From the IMG/VR virus record IMGVR_UViG_3300037200_000120, positions 1 through 64,000 of that record: a stretch of DNA of 64,000 nucleotides. One strand, 5' to 3'. Below are positions 19,457 to 27,935 of the stretch, piece after piece. This DNA comes from a virus. How positions within the stretch are numbered: the first letter of the stretch is position 1; every line of letters starts with the position of its first letter. The notes below the pieces were generated by a model. The model ran no database searches. It saw nothing but the letters and a program-made list of their open reading frames with translations, and was not told the origin of the DNA. A program made the position numbers and the translations under genes.

Positions 19457-19636
19457 GGGGCGCCTGAGAACTTCGCCCCTACACACTCAAAGTCTGGGAA
19501 GGCTGGTGTGTAGGGGCGCCGTAGCAAGCTCGTTAAGCCGAGCTAGGAGGTGGGACATGAGAAGATAGATCATCGGGCGAGGCGGTCGCTTTCCAGAGTG
19601 ACCGCCGAACCTCTTGGTCGTTTCACACGCCGCCGT

Positions 19637-19707
19637 GGGGGCGGATGGTCGGGTCGCAGCCTATCCAAGTTGCACGCCCGCGGGTTCGAGGTCCCGCCGC
19701 CTCCACC
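19637..19707 (+). ncRNA. tRNA-like domain lacking a D-arm, with a G3:U70 acceptor pair
   Basis: GGGGGCG/CGCCTCC-A-CC acceptor stem, T-arm GCGGG-TTCGAGGT-CCCGC, one internal hairpin. Confidence 0.5.
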
Positions 19708-19757
19708 TTTGGCCCTTATAGGAATCCAAGGATTCCGTCTATAGTTCCGCGTCCTTT

Positions 19758-20180
19758 TCAGGCGCGGAAAAGGTGATCCCGCATGCCTTTTGCACACCAT
19801 TCTCGTCGGCGAAGGGGAAACCAATCCCTTCCCGCGCCAGAGCAGCTTGCATAAGCGGCCACAAAGCCCAAAATCCTCTCGGCTTGCTTGCCCCAAAAAT
19901 CAGACATGCTGTTGTCGCGATATACAGCTATATAGCACGCTACAACCAAGAGTAGCCCAAATATAGCGCACATGGCAGCTACATATGAAGGAACACTATC
20001 GTCACTCCCGAATATCCTAGAGAAGGAACTTCGCATTGTTTCCTTATGACGATTCTGTTCTTTTATTAACCCTAATTGGAATTGATGGGCGTTTCCTAAC
20101 GCCTCATCCAAATCTGGATCAGCGGTCTCGCGAGATACTATTGCGCCCTTAGCTGCGCCTCTATCCAATTCCATACTCAA
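19758..20180 (-). CDS. Small membrane protein (C-terminus possibly truncated)
   Basis: Overlaps the peptidase stop; TM helix YVAAMCAIFGLLLVVACYIAVY. Confidence 0.55.
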   Translation of the reverse strand: MSMELDRGAAKGAIVSRETADPDLDEALGNAHQFQLGLIKEQNRHKETMRSSFSRIFGSDDSVPSYVAAMCAIFGLLLVVACYIAVYRDNSMSDFWGKQAERILGFVAAYASCSGAGRDWFPLRRREWCAKGMRDHLFRA

Positions 20181-20661
20181 AGGAAAGCCTGTTCTTTACC
20201 ATAGGTACGGATACGGCAAAAAGCGTGGACAATTGCTCGACATTGAGGCGAGTATAATATTTGTCTAACATAAAACGGGGTACAAGCAGATGCGCCGCAA
20301 ACGCGTTTGCCTCCTTCTCGTGCGGCTCGCCCGCGTCATAGTCAGAATCTCTCAGTAAGACCCTATATTCATTAGAGCGAGCCCATTCCTCATGTAGGAG
20401 CTTATGACCCAATTCGTGAGCAATCGTAAATGTCTGCCGGAGAGGGTACTCTTCTGCGTTTACGAAAATTGCTCTTTCGTCATAGTCCAGAAACCCGGAG
20501 ACATTCTTTTTCTCCGGCTCAAATCTAACAAAATAGACCGCCAGACCTAACCCGCGGGCTATGCGCACAGGATCGACCGGAGGTTCGGTTATGCCGAACT
20601 CTTCGTGAATACGACGAACCTCCCGCTTAACGCGGGCGTAATCTGGCTTTTCCAGAATCAT
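20161..20661 (-). CDS. ImmA/IrrE-family Zn metallopeptidase
   Basis: PPVDP..IA, RQTFTIAHELGH, EKEANAFAAHLLVP. Confidence 0.9.
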   Translation of the reverse strand: MILEKPDYARVKREVRRIHEEFGITEPPVDPVRIARGLGLAVYFVRFEPEKKNVSGFLDYDERAIFVNAEEYPLRQTFTIAHELGHKLLHEEWARSNEYRVLLRDSDYDAGEPHEKEANAFAAHLLVPRFMLDKYYTRLNVEQLSTLFAVSVPMVKNRLSFEYGIG

Positions 20662-20733
20662 GACGCCAACGTCCCCGCTTCCATCGGGGATAGATACCAA
20701 CAATAAGATCAATAATCAAGATAAAACATATAC

Positions 20734-21180
20734 TTACATAAGGCTTTGATTCGACTCGGCTATTGACCAAACAATCGCCCCGCGTTCCTTCCCTGCAATC
20801 GCGAGCTTCCCGCGTTTGGCCTGCATGCGCAGCGCATGGATCAGCCGCTCCGCAACCGACTTCGCCAAGACCCTGTCGCCGCCGTCCAGCCCCTTCGCCG
20901 CGAGAATATGCGTCACCAGCGCCCGCGTGTTCATCGGGCCGTGCTCGGCCAGCGCTGCCTTGCAGATGGCCGTCAGCTCGCCCCGCTGAAAGAGACGATG
21001 GATGTCGGTGTAAGCCGTTGTCGAGTCCCGATCGCCGGCCGCTTCGAAAATCGAAATCACTGCATTGACGTGCGAGAGGTCCGCGCGAGCTTGCTCCAAG
21101 CGAGCTTCGTAGTTCGCTATCGATCGCTCGATTTCGTCGCGCTTGGCCATCAGAGTCGTGACGGTGCGGATTTCTGCCAA
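20734..21180 (-). CDS. Coiled-coil plus winged-helix passenger protein
   Basis: TTG start; paralog of 17272..17703. Confidence 0.75.
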   Translation of the reverse strand: MAEIRTVTTLMAKRDEIERSIANYEARLEQARADLSHVNAVISIFEAAGDRDSTTAYTDIHRLFQRGELTAICKAALAEHGPMNTRALVTHILAAKGLDGGDRVLAKSVAERLIHALRMQAKRGKLAIAGKERGAIVWSIAESNQSLM

Positions 21181-21509
21181 GGGCCAGCGTTCCCGTTTTA
21201 GTCGCCTTACGTAACCCGGTTGTGTTTTCGCTATGTAACGCCAACACAACGGCAACATATCGTGAATTGTTTCCTAGCGTACAGTCTGCGGCGGGTTCGG
21301 CTTGGTAGGCTCGGCGCCTAGCAGCGCGGCGCGCAAGATCGCGAGCTTCGCGGCGATCGACAGCGGCCGACGCGAGACGCGCTTGATCCGAGGCGACCGC
21401 TTCAACTTGATTGATGCCGGCATGGTAGGCGCTCCCAAAAGAGCGCCAGCATAGCGGATTACTGTTATTTTTCAAGATGTTATCCAGGTGTGTTTGCTAC
21501 ACAATACCG

Positions 21510-22077
21510 CGGAATCGTCAACATTGCCGCCAGCAGCGACGGCAAGGTCTACACCGGTGCGGCGATCGAGCGGATGCGGGCTCGTCTCGCCAAGCGCCGC
21601 AAGGGACTGCAAAGCGTCGGGACGAAAGCCGCCAAGCGCCGTCTCGTCAAACTCTCCAAAAAACAGAAAAGGTTTCAAGCCCACCACAACCACTGTATTT
21701 CGAAGGCTATCGTGTTGGACGCCGAACGCACTGGACGCGGAATCGCGGTCGAGGAATTGACCCACATTAGCACTCAGGTCACGGCCCGTCGCGCCCAACG
21801 CGCCCGCTTGAGCAACTGGTCTTTCGGACAGCTTCGCGGTTTCTTGGCGTACAAAGCCAAGCGCGCGGGCGTGCCGCTGGTCGCGGTCGATCCTCGCAAT
21901 ACGAGCAAGGGCTGCTCGGTTTGCGGCTGCATCGACGCGAAGAACAGACCGAATCAAGCTACCTTCTCCTGTACCGCCTGCAAACACACTGAGCTTGCAG
22001 ACTTGAATGCCGCGCGGAATATCCGCGCTAGAGCAATTGTAACCACGCTTGAAAGTTCTCAGGCCAACGCGGCCTAG
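21510..22077 (+). pseudogene. tnpB: 3' half of a second tnpB, cut at RuvC-I
   Basis: Begins GIVNIAASSDG directly after a TIR; IAVEEL, TSKGCSVCG...CTAC, ADLNAARNI. Confidence 0.9.
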
Positions 22078-22083
22078 GGAAAA

Positions 22084-22114
22084 AGCCCCGTCCTTCAGGG
22101 CGGGGATCGGTTAC
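22084..22114 (+). mobile_element. IS605-type right end (hairpin plus TTAC)
   Basis: AGCCCCGTCCTTCAGGGCGGGGATCGGTTAC right after the tnpB remnant. Confidence 0.85.
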
Positions 22115-22240
22115 TTGTGACGAATGCGTTGACGCGTGCGTCGAGATTATGCGTCACAACACTCTGGCGCGAGCTTGCCAGCGGCCGAAGGATATGGCGC
22201 CGGCGAACGACGCGTAACGCAACGAAAAGGAACAACCCCG

Positions 22241-22492
22241 ATGACCGACAAACTCGAATTCCCCGCAACCGTCGTCGTAGACATCGAATATCACGACAGC
22301 GGCCTCTGGTACGCGTCTTCTCAGATGATGCGAGGCCTGTTGCTTTGCTGCGGCCATTCTCGCGAGGAATGCGTGGCCAAAATTCCAGGGGCGCTCGCGG
22401 ACTTCACGACGATTTGTCGCGAAATGGATGCGCCGCCGAGAATAATAGCAAAGCCGCCGCCGGCAGACGCGGCGGCTGAAATGGAGGAATGA
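22241..22492 (+). CDS. HicB-like / DUF1902-like protein
   Basis: VVDIEYHDSGLWYASSQMMRGLLLCCGHSREECVAKIPGAL; AAGGA RBS. Confidence 0.7.
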   Translation: MTDKLEFPATVVVDIEYHDSGLWYASSQMMRGLLLCCGHSREECVAKIPGALADFTTICREMDAPPRIIAKPPPADAAAEMEE

Positions 22493-22701
22493 TGATATCG
22501 ATCGATCAGAGGCAAATTGAGGCAGCCGCAGCCGCGATTGCGAACGAACGGGCTATGCGCCGAGGTTCGCCGCCGATTTCAAACGTCTTGGAGGTCCTCA
22601 TGAATTTCCGAGACGGCAAGCTTTATCGCGAAGTCATGGAGGATGCAGAGGCTGCATTGCAAGCTGCCGCGGCGGTCATCCCCGCACCGCCCACCACATA
22701 G
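22489..22701 (+). CDS. Hypothetical protein (last gene of the early arm)
   Basis: GGAGG RBS, ATGA overlap. Confidence 0.6.
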   Translation: MMISIDQRQIEAAAAAIANERAMRRGSPPISNVLEVLMNFRDGKLYREVMEDAEAALQAAAAVIPAPPTT

Positions 22702-22899
22702 CCGCCGTCCACGCGGGCCGCCGCGCCCGCCCCCAACCCCCACCCCCCCCGAACGCAAATAGCCGCCCAAGCGAGCCTCACGGCTCGCTTGGGCGGCTTG
22801 AAAGGAGATGGACGATGTGGTCGACGAAAAGGCTAGAACGCTATCCGACGAAGCCCCCACATATTTCTGCTGGGCGGAACGCGCTCCAGCCGTTCGCAC

Positions 22900-23118
22900 T
22901 CAAGTGTCGCGCCAACCCTTGAACTTCAGTTGCTCGCCGTCTACAATCAATTCTTGCATCATAGGGCTATCGTGAGCAATCAAATCGCTCCTGATGTACG
23001 CCAGGAATGTCCCGTCGCCGTTGTCCGTCGCGCCCACGACGATCGCTTGCCTGGCGAACGGCGCAGCTTTGATCTTATCCAGGACTTCGGCGTCGATCTC
23101 GACATAGGCGGAGCCCAT
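22900..23118 (-). CDS. Hypothetical protein
   Basis: Follows 23122..23499 closely. Confidence 0.55.
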   Translation of the reverse strand: MGSAYVEIDAEVLDKIKAAPFARQAIVVGATDNGDGTFLAYIRSDLIAHDSPMMQELIVDGEQLKFKGWRDT

Positions 23119-23121
23119 GGC

Positions 23122-23499
23122 TCAGTCTTCCCGCCGTCTCGGCAGCACTTCGTCAATCCTACGATTTATCTCACGGAAAAGAGGATCTAGCCTCATCATG
23201 ATCGCATCTGGCAATCCGGCGATTGATAACCCCAAACTGTGATAATTCTCTCTGAGCTTGGATATTTCCGAGTCGAAATGTGCGGCGCGCTCGACGTTCT
23301 CTCTGTGTTTGGTGTCTATTTCCAACCGCATCGCGGCGAATTGCGTTTGATAGGTTCCGACTTTGGTCCCAAGACGCCAGAGAAGTCCGGCGACGACACC
23401 TAAGGCTGTAACCGAGGCTGTTATCGACCATTCGATAAAGCCCCATGAGGCGAAAATTCCAGTTCCCATCACGAGCGGTCCGTCAGCCATGAGTATCAC
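23122..23499 (-). CDS. Membrane-anchored coiled-coil protein (lysis region)
   Basis: N-terminal TM segment followed by a coiled coil. Confidence 0.6.
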   Translation of the reverse strand: MILMADGPLVMGTGIFASWGFIEWSITASVTALGVVAGLLWRLGTKVGTYQTQFAAMRLEIDTKHRENVERAAHFDSEISKLRENYHSLGLSIAGLPDAIMMRLDPLFREINRRIDEVLPRRRED

Positions 23500-23693
23500 G
23501 CTCCATCTAGTCTGAGATCGGTCGTCGCCTCGTCGTATTTGAGCATGTCGACGATCGCGGGGTTTGAGGGGAGCGGCGATGCGGGCCGGCCTGGGGATTC
23601 ATAGCGGAAGATCCAGTTTTCGAGCTTGTCGATGCGCGCGCGGTGTTCGGCGACCTCGCGCTGCAGCGCCTCGATCTCGGAGCGCTCGCCCAT
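23496..23693 (-). CDS. Hypothetical protein
   Basis: GAGGAG RBS, GTGA overlap. Confidence 0.55.
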   Translation of the reverse strand: MGERSEIEALQREVAEHRARIDKLENWIFRYESPGRPASPLPSNPAIVDMLKYDEATTDLRLDGA

Positions 23694-23772
23694 GGGTTGA
23701 CTCCTCGATTATTCAACAAAAGAATTGCGGCACGCTGCATAATCTTTGTGCAACTCTTATTGCATTATTCTG

Positions 23773-23801
23773 TTGACGGAAGCACAAAATAAGCCTATGT
23801 T
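23773..23801 (+). promoter_or_regulatory. sigma70 promoter
   Basis: TTGACG-N17-TATGTT followed by ATTGAAACGGAG. Confidence 0.7.
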
Positions 23802-23826
23802 ATTTTCATTGAAACGGAGCAAGCCA

Positions 23827-24060
23827 ATGACCAAACCTCGCATGATCGGAAGCATCGGTTGCTACAGCGCATCGCCTGCCAGGCTCGGCCGCAAGGCCTT
23901 CGAATTCAACGGCACCACGCTTGACCTGGTTCGCTGCGCGGTGCGCCTCGGCGCCAAAGACGGCGACAAAGTTATGGCCAACTTCGGCGGCGGATTCCGC
24001 GCAATGACGATCAAGAGCGCGCCCCACGACAATCGCGCAAACGGCTTTTGGGCCGACTGA
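23827..24060 (+). CDS. Small early-type hypothetical protein
   Basis: Own promoter and GGAG RBS. Confidence 0.6.
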   Translation: MTKPRMIGSIGCYSASPARLGRKAFEFNGTTLDLVRCAVRLGAKDGDKVMANFGGGFRAMTIKSAPHDNRANGFWAD

Positions 24061-24107
24061 CCCGCACGGCAATCCCGCCAGCGCCTCAAGCTCGAAAGGA
24101 GCTTCCC

Positions 24108-24377
24108 ATGTCCTACCGCTTGCCCTCCGCCGACCATCCGGCCCGCGCCTATTTCGATATGCCTTCGCTTGTCGAGATTCTGGCGCCCGCCAATGCGGCG
24201 CGCCTGCCCTCGCTGTCTCGCGCCTTGTGCGAGGCCCGCAAGCAAGTAGGCCAAGGCGCGGTGCGCGGCCTCGCTTATGTCTGCCGACGCGACTCGACCG
24301 ATGATCGAGTCCTTATCCTGGTCGGCCCGCGCGGGGGCTGGAAACAGCTTTGGAACTTCGGCAACGGGCGCAACTAG
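24108..24377 (+). CDS. Small early-type hypothetical protein
   Basis: AAGGAG RBS; ends VGPRGGWKQLWNFG. Confidence 0.65.
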   Translation: MSYRLPSADHPARAYFDMPSLVEILAPANAARLPSLSRALCEARKQVGQGAVRGLAYVCRRDSTDDRVLILVGPRGGWKQLWNFGNGRN

Positions 24378-24387
24378 CGCCGACCGA

Positions 24388-24416
24388 AAGAGGGGCTTCG
24401 GCCTCTCTTTTTTTTT
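24388..24416 (+). terminator. Rho-independent terminator
   Basis: AAAGAGGGGC-TTCG-GCCTCTCTTT followed by a T tract. Confidence 0.85.
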
Positions 24417-24437
24417 GGCCTAGGCTTCATTTTGTTG

Positions 24438-24465
24438 TTGACATAAGAGCGGAATATGGTAATTT
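24438..24465 (+). promoter_or_regulatory. sigma70 promoter (extended -10)
   Basis: TTGACA-N16-TAATTT with TG, followed by ATTGAAACGGGAG. Confidence 0.65.
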
Positions 24466-24493
24466 GTGACTTATTGAAACGGGAGATACGGAA

Positions 24494-24880
24494 ATGGCTA
24501 AGACTTTCGACTGCCCCAAATGCAACGGGATCGGACATATCCAAGGCTACGCTCATATCGCGGGCGGAGTTTGCTTCCAGTGCAAGGGCGAAGGCCGCTT
24601 GGCCTATCGGCCGACCGCGAAGTTTGTCGAGCCACATCCCGAACTCTTGGTTCCCGCCCACCTTCGCGCGACCATGGCGCAATGGAATGAACTCGAGGCG
24701 CTCTGCCATGGCCGATACGGAATCAGCGACGATGCTTTTTGCGCGCTGGTTGAAAAGCGGGCCGGCGGCCAAGCTTGCCTGAAATATTTGACCGCAGAAG
24801 CCGCTCACAAGGCGATCCAGATCGGCAACTCGGCGGAGTGGAAACGCTACATGAACAAGCGGGATGGAATCGCCGCATGA
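24494..24880 (+). CDS. DnaJ-like zinc-finger protein
   Basis: CPKCNGIG...GGVCFQCKGEG. Confidence 0.7.
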   Translation: MAKTFDCPKCNGIGHIQGYAHIAGGVCFQCKGEGRLAYRPTAKFVEPHPELLVPAHLRATMAQWNELEALCHGRYGISDDAFCALVEKRAGGQACLKYLTAEAAHKAIQIGNSAEWKRYMNKRDGIAA

Positions 24881-24890
24881 TACCAGAAAA

Positions 24891-24910
24891 CGAGAGGCTT
24901 CGGCCTCTCG
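24891..24910 (+). terminator. Terminator-like hairpin
   Basis: CGAGAGGC-TTCG-GCCTCTCG, the same core as the 24388 hairpin. Confidence 0.6.
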
Positions 24911-24940
24911 AATTATTTTCTCGGAACCTCAAAATACTTG

Positions 24941-24968
24941 TTGACATAAACGCATAATATGCTATTGT
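24941..24968 (+). promoter_or_regulatory. sigma70 promoter (extended -10)
   Basis: TTGACA-N16-TATTGT with TG. Confidence 0.65.
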
Positions 24969-24985
24969 CTAATCACTGAAGGGGA

Positions 24986-25096
24986 TGAAAGAGTTAGGCG
25001 AATCCAGCAAAAGACCCCGCTCACCGGACATTCTCAGCCGGGTAGAGGCCTCTGAAACCGAGGATTTGCTTAGTCTGGATTCACCTAACTCTTTCA
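24986..25096 (+). ncRNA. Structured 5' leader or small RNA
   Basis: TGAAAGAGTTAGGCGAATCCAG (24986-25007) pairs with CTGGATTCACCTAACTCTTTCA (25075-25096) at 21 of 22 positions. Confidence 0.55.
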
Positions 25097-25116
25097 AACC
25101 AAACGGAGCAACTAAA

Positions 25117-25428
25117 ATGACCATTCCGATGTTGAGGGCTTTTTATGCCCGTAATACCGACTCCCACTATGTGGTTCCCGTCATCGCTGCGCCCACAGAA
25201 CACGGCTGGACGCAAGACGCACTCGCCGCTCATTCGGCGCAGCATCCGAATTGCCCGATTTGGGTTGATATCGAGATCGTAACAATCATGTCTGGCCCCA
25301 ACAAAGGCAAGCGGGCCATCATCAAATGGGGAGGCCAGCCGGAAACGCATACCGCGCTGACGGCGCTCTATGTGAGCGAACAGGGCGCGGAGACGCGGTG
25401 GAGCCGAGTGCTAGGCTTTGTTCCCTGA
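25117..25428 (+). CDS. Small early-type hypothetical protein
   Basis: AAACGGAG RBS. Confidence 0.6.
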   Translation: MTIPMLRAFYARNTDSHYVVPVIAAPTEHGWTQDALAAHSAQHPNCPIWVDIEIVTIMSGPNKGKRAIIKWGGQPETHTALTALYVSEQGAETRWSRVLGFVP

Positions 25429-25498
25429 TCGCTTCCGCGGGCTTACCGGAGTAAGGACGATGAATCGAGAAATCTGGCAACCAAACGGAGAAACGGAA

Positions 25499-25714
25499 AT
25501 GGCTAAGAAATATGATGTTGTCTGGGATATTGAGGACCAGACCAAGATTAAAAGCTACGAGTCTCGGAATGAGGCTTACGATAAGTTCAAATCGCTTCGC
25601 GAAGCGCCGGGAGTTGTCGCTGTAACAATGCAAACCTTCGATGGTCGCAATCTGCACTGGTGGCAGATTGACGGACACGATAGCCGCGACGGCAAGCCAT
25701 TTAGAGCGGCCTGA
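25499..25714 (+). CDS. Small early-type hypothetical protein
   Basis: AAACGGAG RBS. Confidence 0.6.
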   Translation: MAKKYDVVWDIEDQTKIKSYESRNEAYDKFKSLREAPGVVAVTMQTFDGRNLHWWQIDGHDSRDGKPFRAA

Positions 25715-25764
25715 CGATCAACCCGGCGCCCCACGCGGGTGCCTCTCAAACAGGAGAAACGACG

Positions 25765-26034
25765 ATGGATGGTTCAACTTTCTTCGCGGACACCAAGCGC
25801 CTCGCTACGAAAGGCCATCGCACTTGGCTTATATTCCGCGATCGGAACGGCTGCTATCAGCGCGCGCTCTACGGTGCCGACGCGATCAAATCCGCCATGC
25901 TCGCAGTTGGGACTGCGGGGAGATTCTACTGGATCAGCCCAGACGGCAACTCGAATATCTGCCGCTCTTGGAACTACGCGCTGCACCTTCTCAAATGCGC
26001 GCGCAGCAATGCAAAATACGCCGCCTTTCAGTGA
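25765..26034 (+). CDS. Small early-type hypothetical protein
   Basis: AGGAG RBS. Confidence 0.6.
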   Translation: MDGSTFFADTKRLATKGHRTWLIFRDRNGCYQRALYGADAIKSAMLAVGTAGRFYWISPDGNSNICRSWNYALHLLKCARSNAKYAAFQ

Positions 26035-26046
26035 GGTATCCCGCGC

Positions 26047-26295
26047 ATGGCTACCCAGACGCAGCTAGAAATTTCTATTGACTGGCTCTTGTGCAACGAA
26101 GGCGACGCGCGAGAATGCGGCGCATGCCGGGCTGGCGCGAAGTTCCTGCGCGCTCAACTTTTAGCTCTGAAAATGATTGAGGCTGAAAGAATCCTTGTCA
26201 GCGAGACAGGACACTGCCGGACCAAGATACGCCAGTTTCCCGCATATCGAAAGATGCGGAAAGCTTTGGCTGCACAAACCTACCCCGACATATGA
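26047..26295 (+). CDS. Small early-type hypothetical protein
   Basis: GAGGT RBS. Confidence 0.55.
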   Translation: MATQTQLEISIDWLLCNEGDARECGACRAGAKFLRAQLLALKMIEAERILVSETGHCRTKIRQFPAYRKMRKALAAQTYPDI

Positions 26296-26311
26296 GGATT
26301 TCACCTTGACC

Positions 26312-26566
26312 TTGAAGCCTTCCCCCGCCCCGCCACGCTCCCGAGGCCGCCCGCGCCTTGTCCTACCCGAGGCCGACCCGCCGATGGCCCCTGCATCCTT
26401 CACGGCCTGGCGCGAGCGCCTGCATTTCAGCAAGTCAGACGCCGCGCGCGCTCTCGGCGTTAGTCGGAACTGGATCATCAAGTTCGAGACTGGGGATTCG
26501 GTGATCCCGGATCACATCGCGCTCGCCACGGCGGCGATAGCCTACGGGCTACCGAGGCCCGAATGA
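26312..26566 (+). CDS. HTH transcriptional regulator
   Basis: FTAWRERLHFSKSDAARALGVSRNWIIKFETG. Start is uncertain. Confidence 0.75.
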   Translation: MKPSPAPPRSRGRPRLVLPEADPPMAPASFTAWRERLHFSKSDAARALGVSRNWIIKFETGDSVIPDHIALATAAIAYGLPRPE

Positions 26567-26567
26567 C

Positions 26568-27098
26568 CTACCTTACCTCCCGCCGCTCGACCGGATGCAC
26601 AATCACGCCGTCCCCGGCCATTCCCGACAGCATCAGCAAGAGATCGCGTGGCGAAACTCGATGGGCCGCCTCGGTGAGCGGCTTTTTGAAGAAACCTATA
26701 TCCCTGAGAACCAGTGTTTGCAGCGCCGAGCAAATGACGTGCCCCCGCATATGGAGATCGCGATGCGCGACAAAGCCCGCGATGGCGAGAAAATCATAGG
26801 GCTCGCCGCGATGGGATTTCAACGCGGCTTCCCACTTCTCGACGTCGACCAATGCGATATCGACGAAGGTCTGTGACGTTGATGTCGTGTCGTAATCGAT
26901 TGGACGCAATGCGACGCCGGTCTGCATATAAGCGCCGATTATACCTTCAGAAACCACGGCCTCGACATGCGAAGCTCTCTGACTGTCTGTCTCCCAAAGG
27001 GTTCCGAGACTGAGCGGATCTTCGGAATCGACGACGAACCTGAGACGGGCGAACCCGGGAGGCGCGCGCGTCACGACGAGGGGAGCGGAAGCGGTCAT
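26568..27098 (-). CDS. Permuted papain-like NlpC/P60 (YiiX/YebB-type) amidase
   Basis: SHVE...PYDF...ICSAL...VSPRDL in permuted His...Cys order. Confidence 0.75.
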   Translation of the reverse strand: MTASAPLVVTRAPPGFARLRFVVDSEDPLSLGTLWETDSQRASHVEAVVSEGIIGAYMQTGVALRPIDYDTTSTSQTFVDIALVDVEKWEAALKSHRGEPYDFLAIAGFVAHRDLHMRGHVICSALQTLVLRDIGFFKKPLTEAAHRVSPRDLLLMLSGMAGDGVIVHPVERREVR

Positions 27099-27211
27099 TT
27101 GGCTGATTCCTCGCCTGAGGATATTTCGCATGAAAATGCGGAAATGTCAATATTTAGCTTGCCGTGACTAGCCCATAGGGTTATACCAAATCATCGAAAC
27201 GGAGAAGCACG

Positions 27212-27529
27212 ATGAAACATACACCCGGCCCATGGACCATCATGGAGCATTCATGGAAAGACACCGGCATTTACGGCGCCGACAACTCGCATGTCGCGGC
27301 CCTTTCGCTCGGAGTTGAGGACGAGGAAGATGACGATGCGATCGAGGAGGAAGGCCAAATCGTCAACGCCAACGCGAGGCTGATCGCGGCGGCGCCGGAC
27401 CTTCTCGAGGCTCTCGCCGACGTTATCGAAATGGCCGAAGCCTGGGCCAGAGGGAAGCATCAAAGCCATCCCGACAACGAGCGTTGCGAGGCCGCTCGCG
27501 CCGCTATCGCAAAGGCGACCGCGCTATGA
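27212..27529 (+). CDS. Conserved small phage protein
   Basis: KHTPGPW...NARLIAAAPDLLEAL; GAAACGGAG RBS. Confidence 0.8.
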   Translation: MKHTPGPWTIMEHSWKDTGIYGADNSHVAALSLGVEDEEDDDAIEEEGQIVNANARLIAAAPDLLEALADVIEMAEAWARGKHQSHPDNERCEAARAAIAKATAL

Positions 27530-27756
27530 GCGACGGACTTCACGGCCAAATGCGAGCTCTTGCCGACCGAGGCCATCCGCGGGCCATCGAACTGCGCGCC
27601 AAAGCCGACGAGTTCGAAGCGAAAGCAACAGCGTTGTACGGAAGCCCGAAAGAAAGCACGAAGGCCGAGCTGGACGCGCGCACCAAATCCATGATGGGCG
27701 CATGGGCGCGAGCGCGGCGACTTTGGTCGGAATGCACTGGGGAACCGATCCTGTGA
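27526..27756 (+). CDS. Hypothetical protein
   Basis: ATGA/GTGA coupling. Confidence 0.6.
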   Translation: MSDGLHGQMRALADRGHPRAIELRAKADEFEAKATALYGSPKESTKAELDARTKSMMGAWARARRLWSECTGEPIL

Positions 27757-27935
27757 CCGGCCCCGAACTCCGCGCGACCCGCAAGCGCTTGGGCCTCACT
27801 CAAGTCCAACTTGCCTCCCTTGTCGGCGTCCTTGGATCCATGACCGTCAGCAAGTGGGAACGCGGGGAGCGGAAGATTCCCCGCTCTGTCGAGATCATTT
27901 TGGCGGACGCAGCGAAGGCCAAGAGAGGCAAATGA
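27753..27935 (+). CDS. XRE-type HTH protein
   Basis: ELRATRKRLGLTQVQLASLVGV...TVSKWERGERKIP. Confidence 0.85.
   Translation: MTGPELRATRKRLGLTQVQLASLVGVLGSMTVSKWERGERKIPRSVEIILADAAKAKRGK

Larger units (their letters stand above)
18631..21509 (+). mobile_element. Transposase-less IS1595-type element with non-matching flanks
   Basis: Left TIR CGGTATTATGTAGCA (18631-18645), right TIR TGCTACACAATACCG (21495-21509). Flanks GAAATGCC and CGGAATCG differ. Two cargo genes are paralogs of those in 14295..17761. Confidence 0.8.

Noticed and set aside
19846-20744. CTTRCATAAG direct repeats flanking the peptidase cassette as dif/Xer or att sites
   Set aside because: The match is only 10 bp with a mismatch and has no XerD arm, so it could be chance.
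21229-21242. CGCTATGTAACGCC as an additional IS1595-type end
   Set aside because: It resembles a TIR in position, but I found no partner repeat or TSD.
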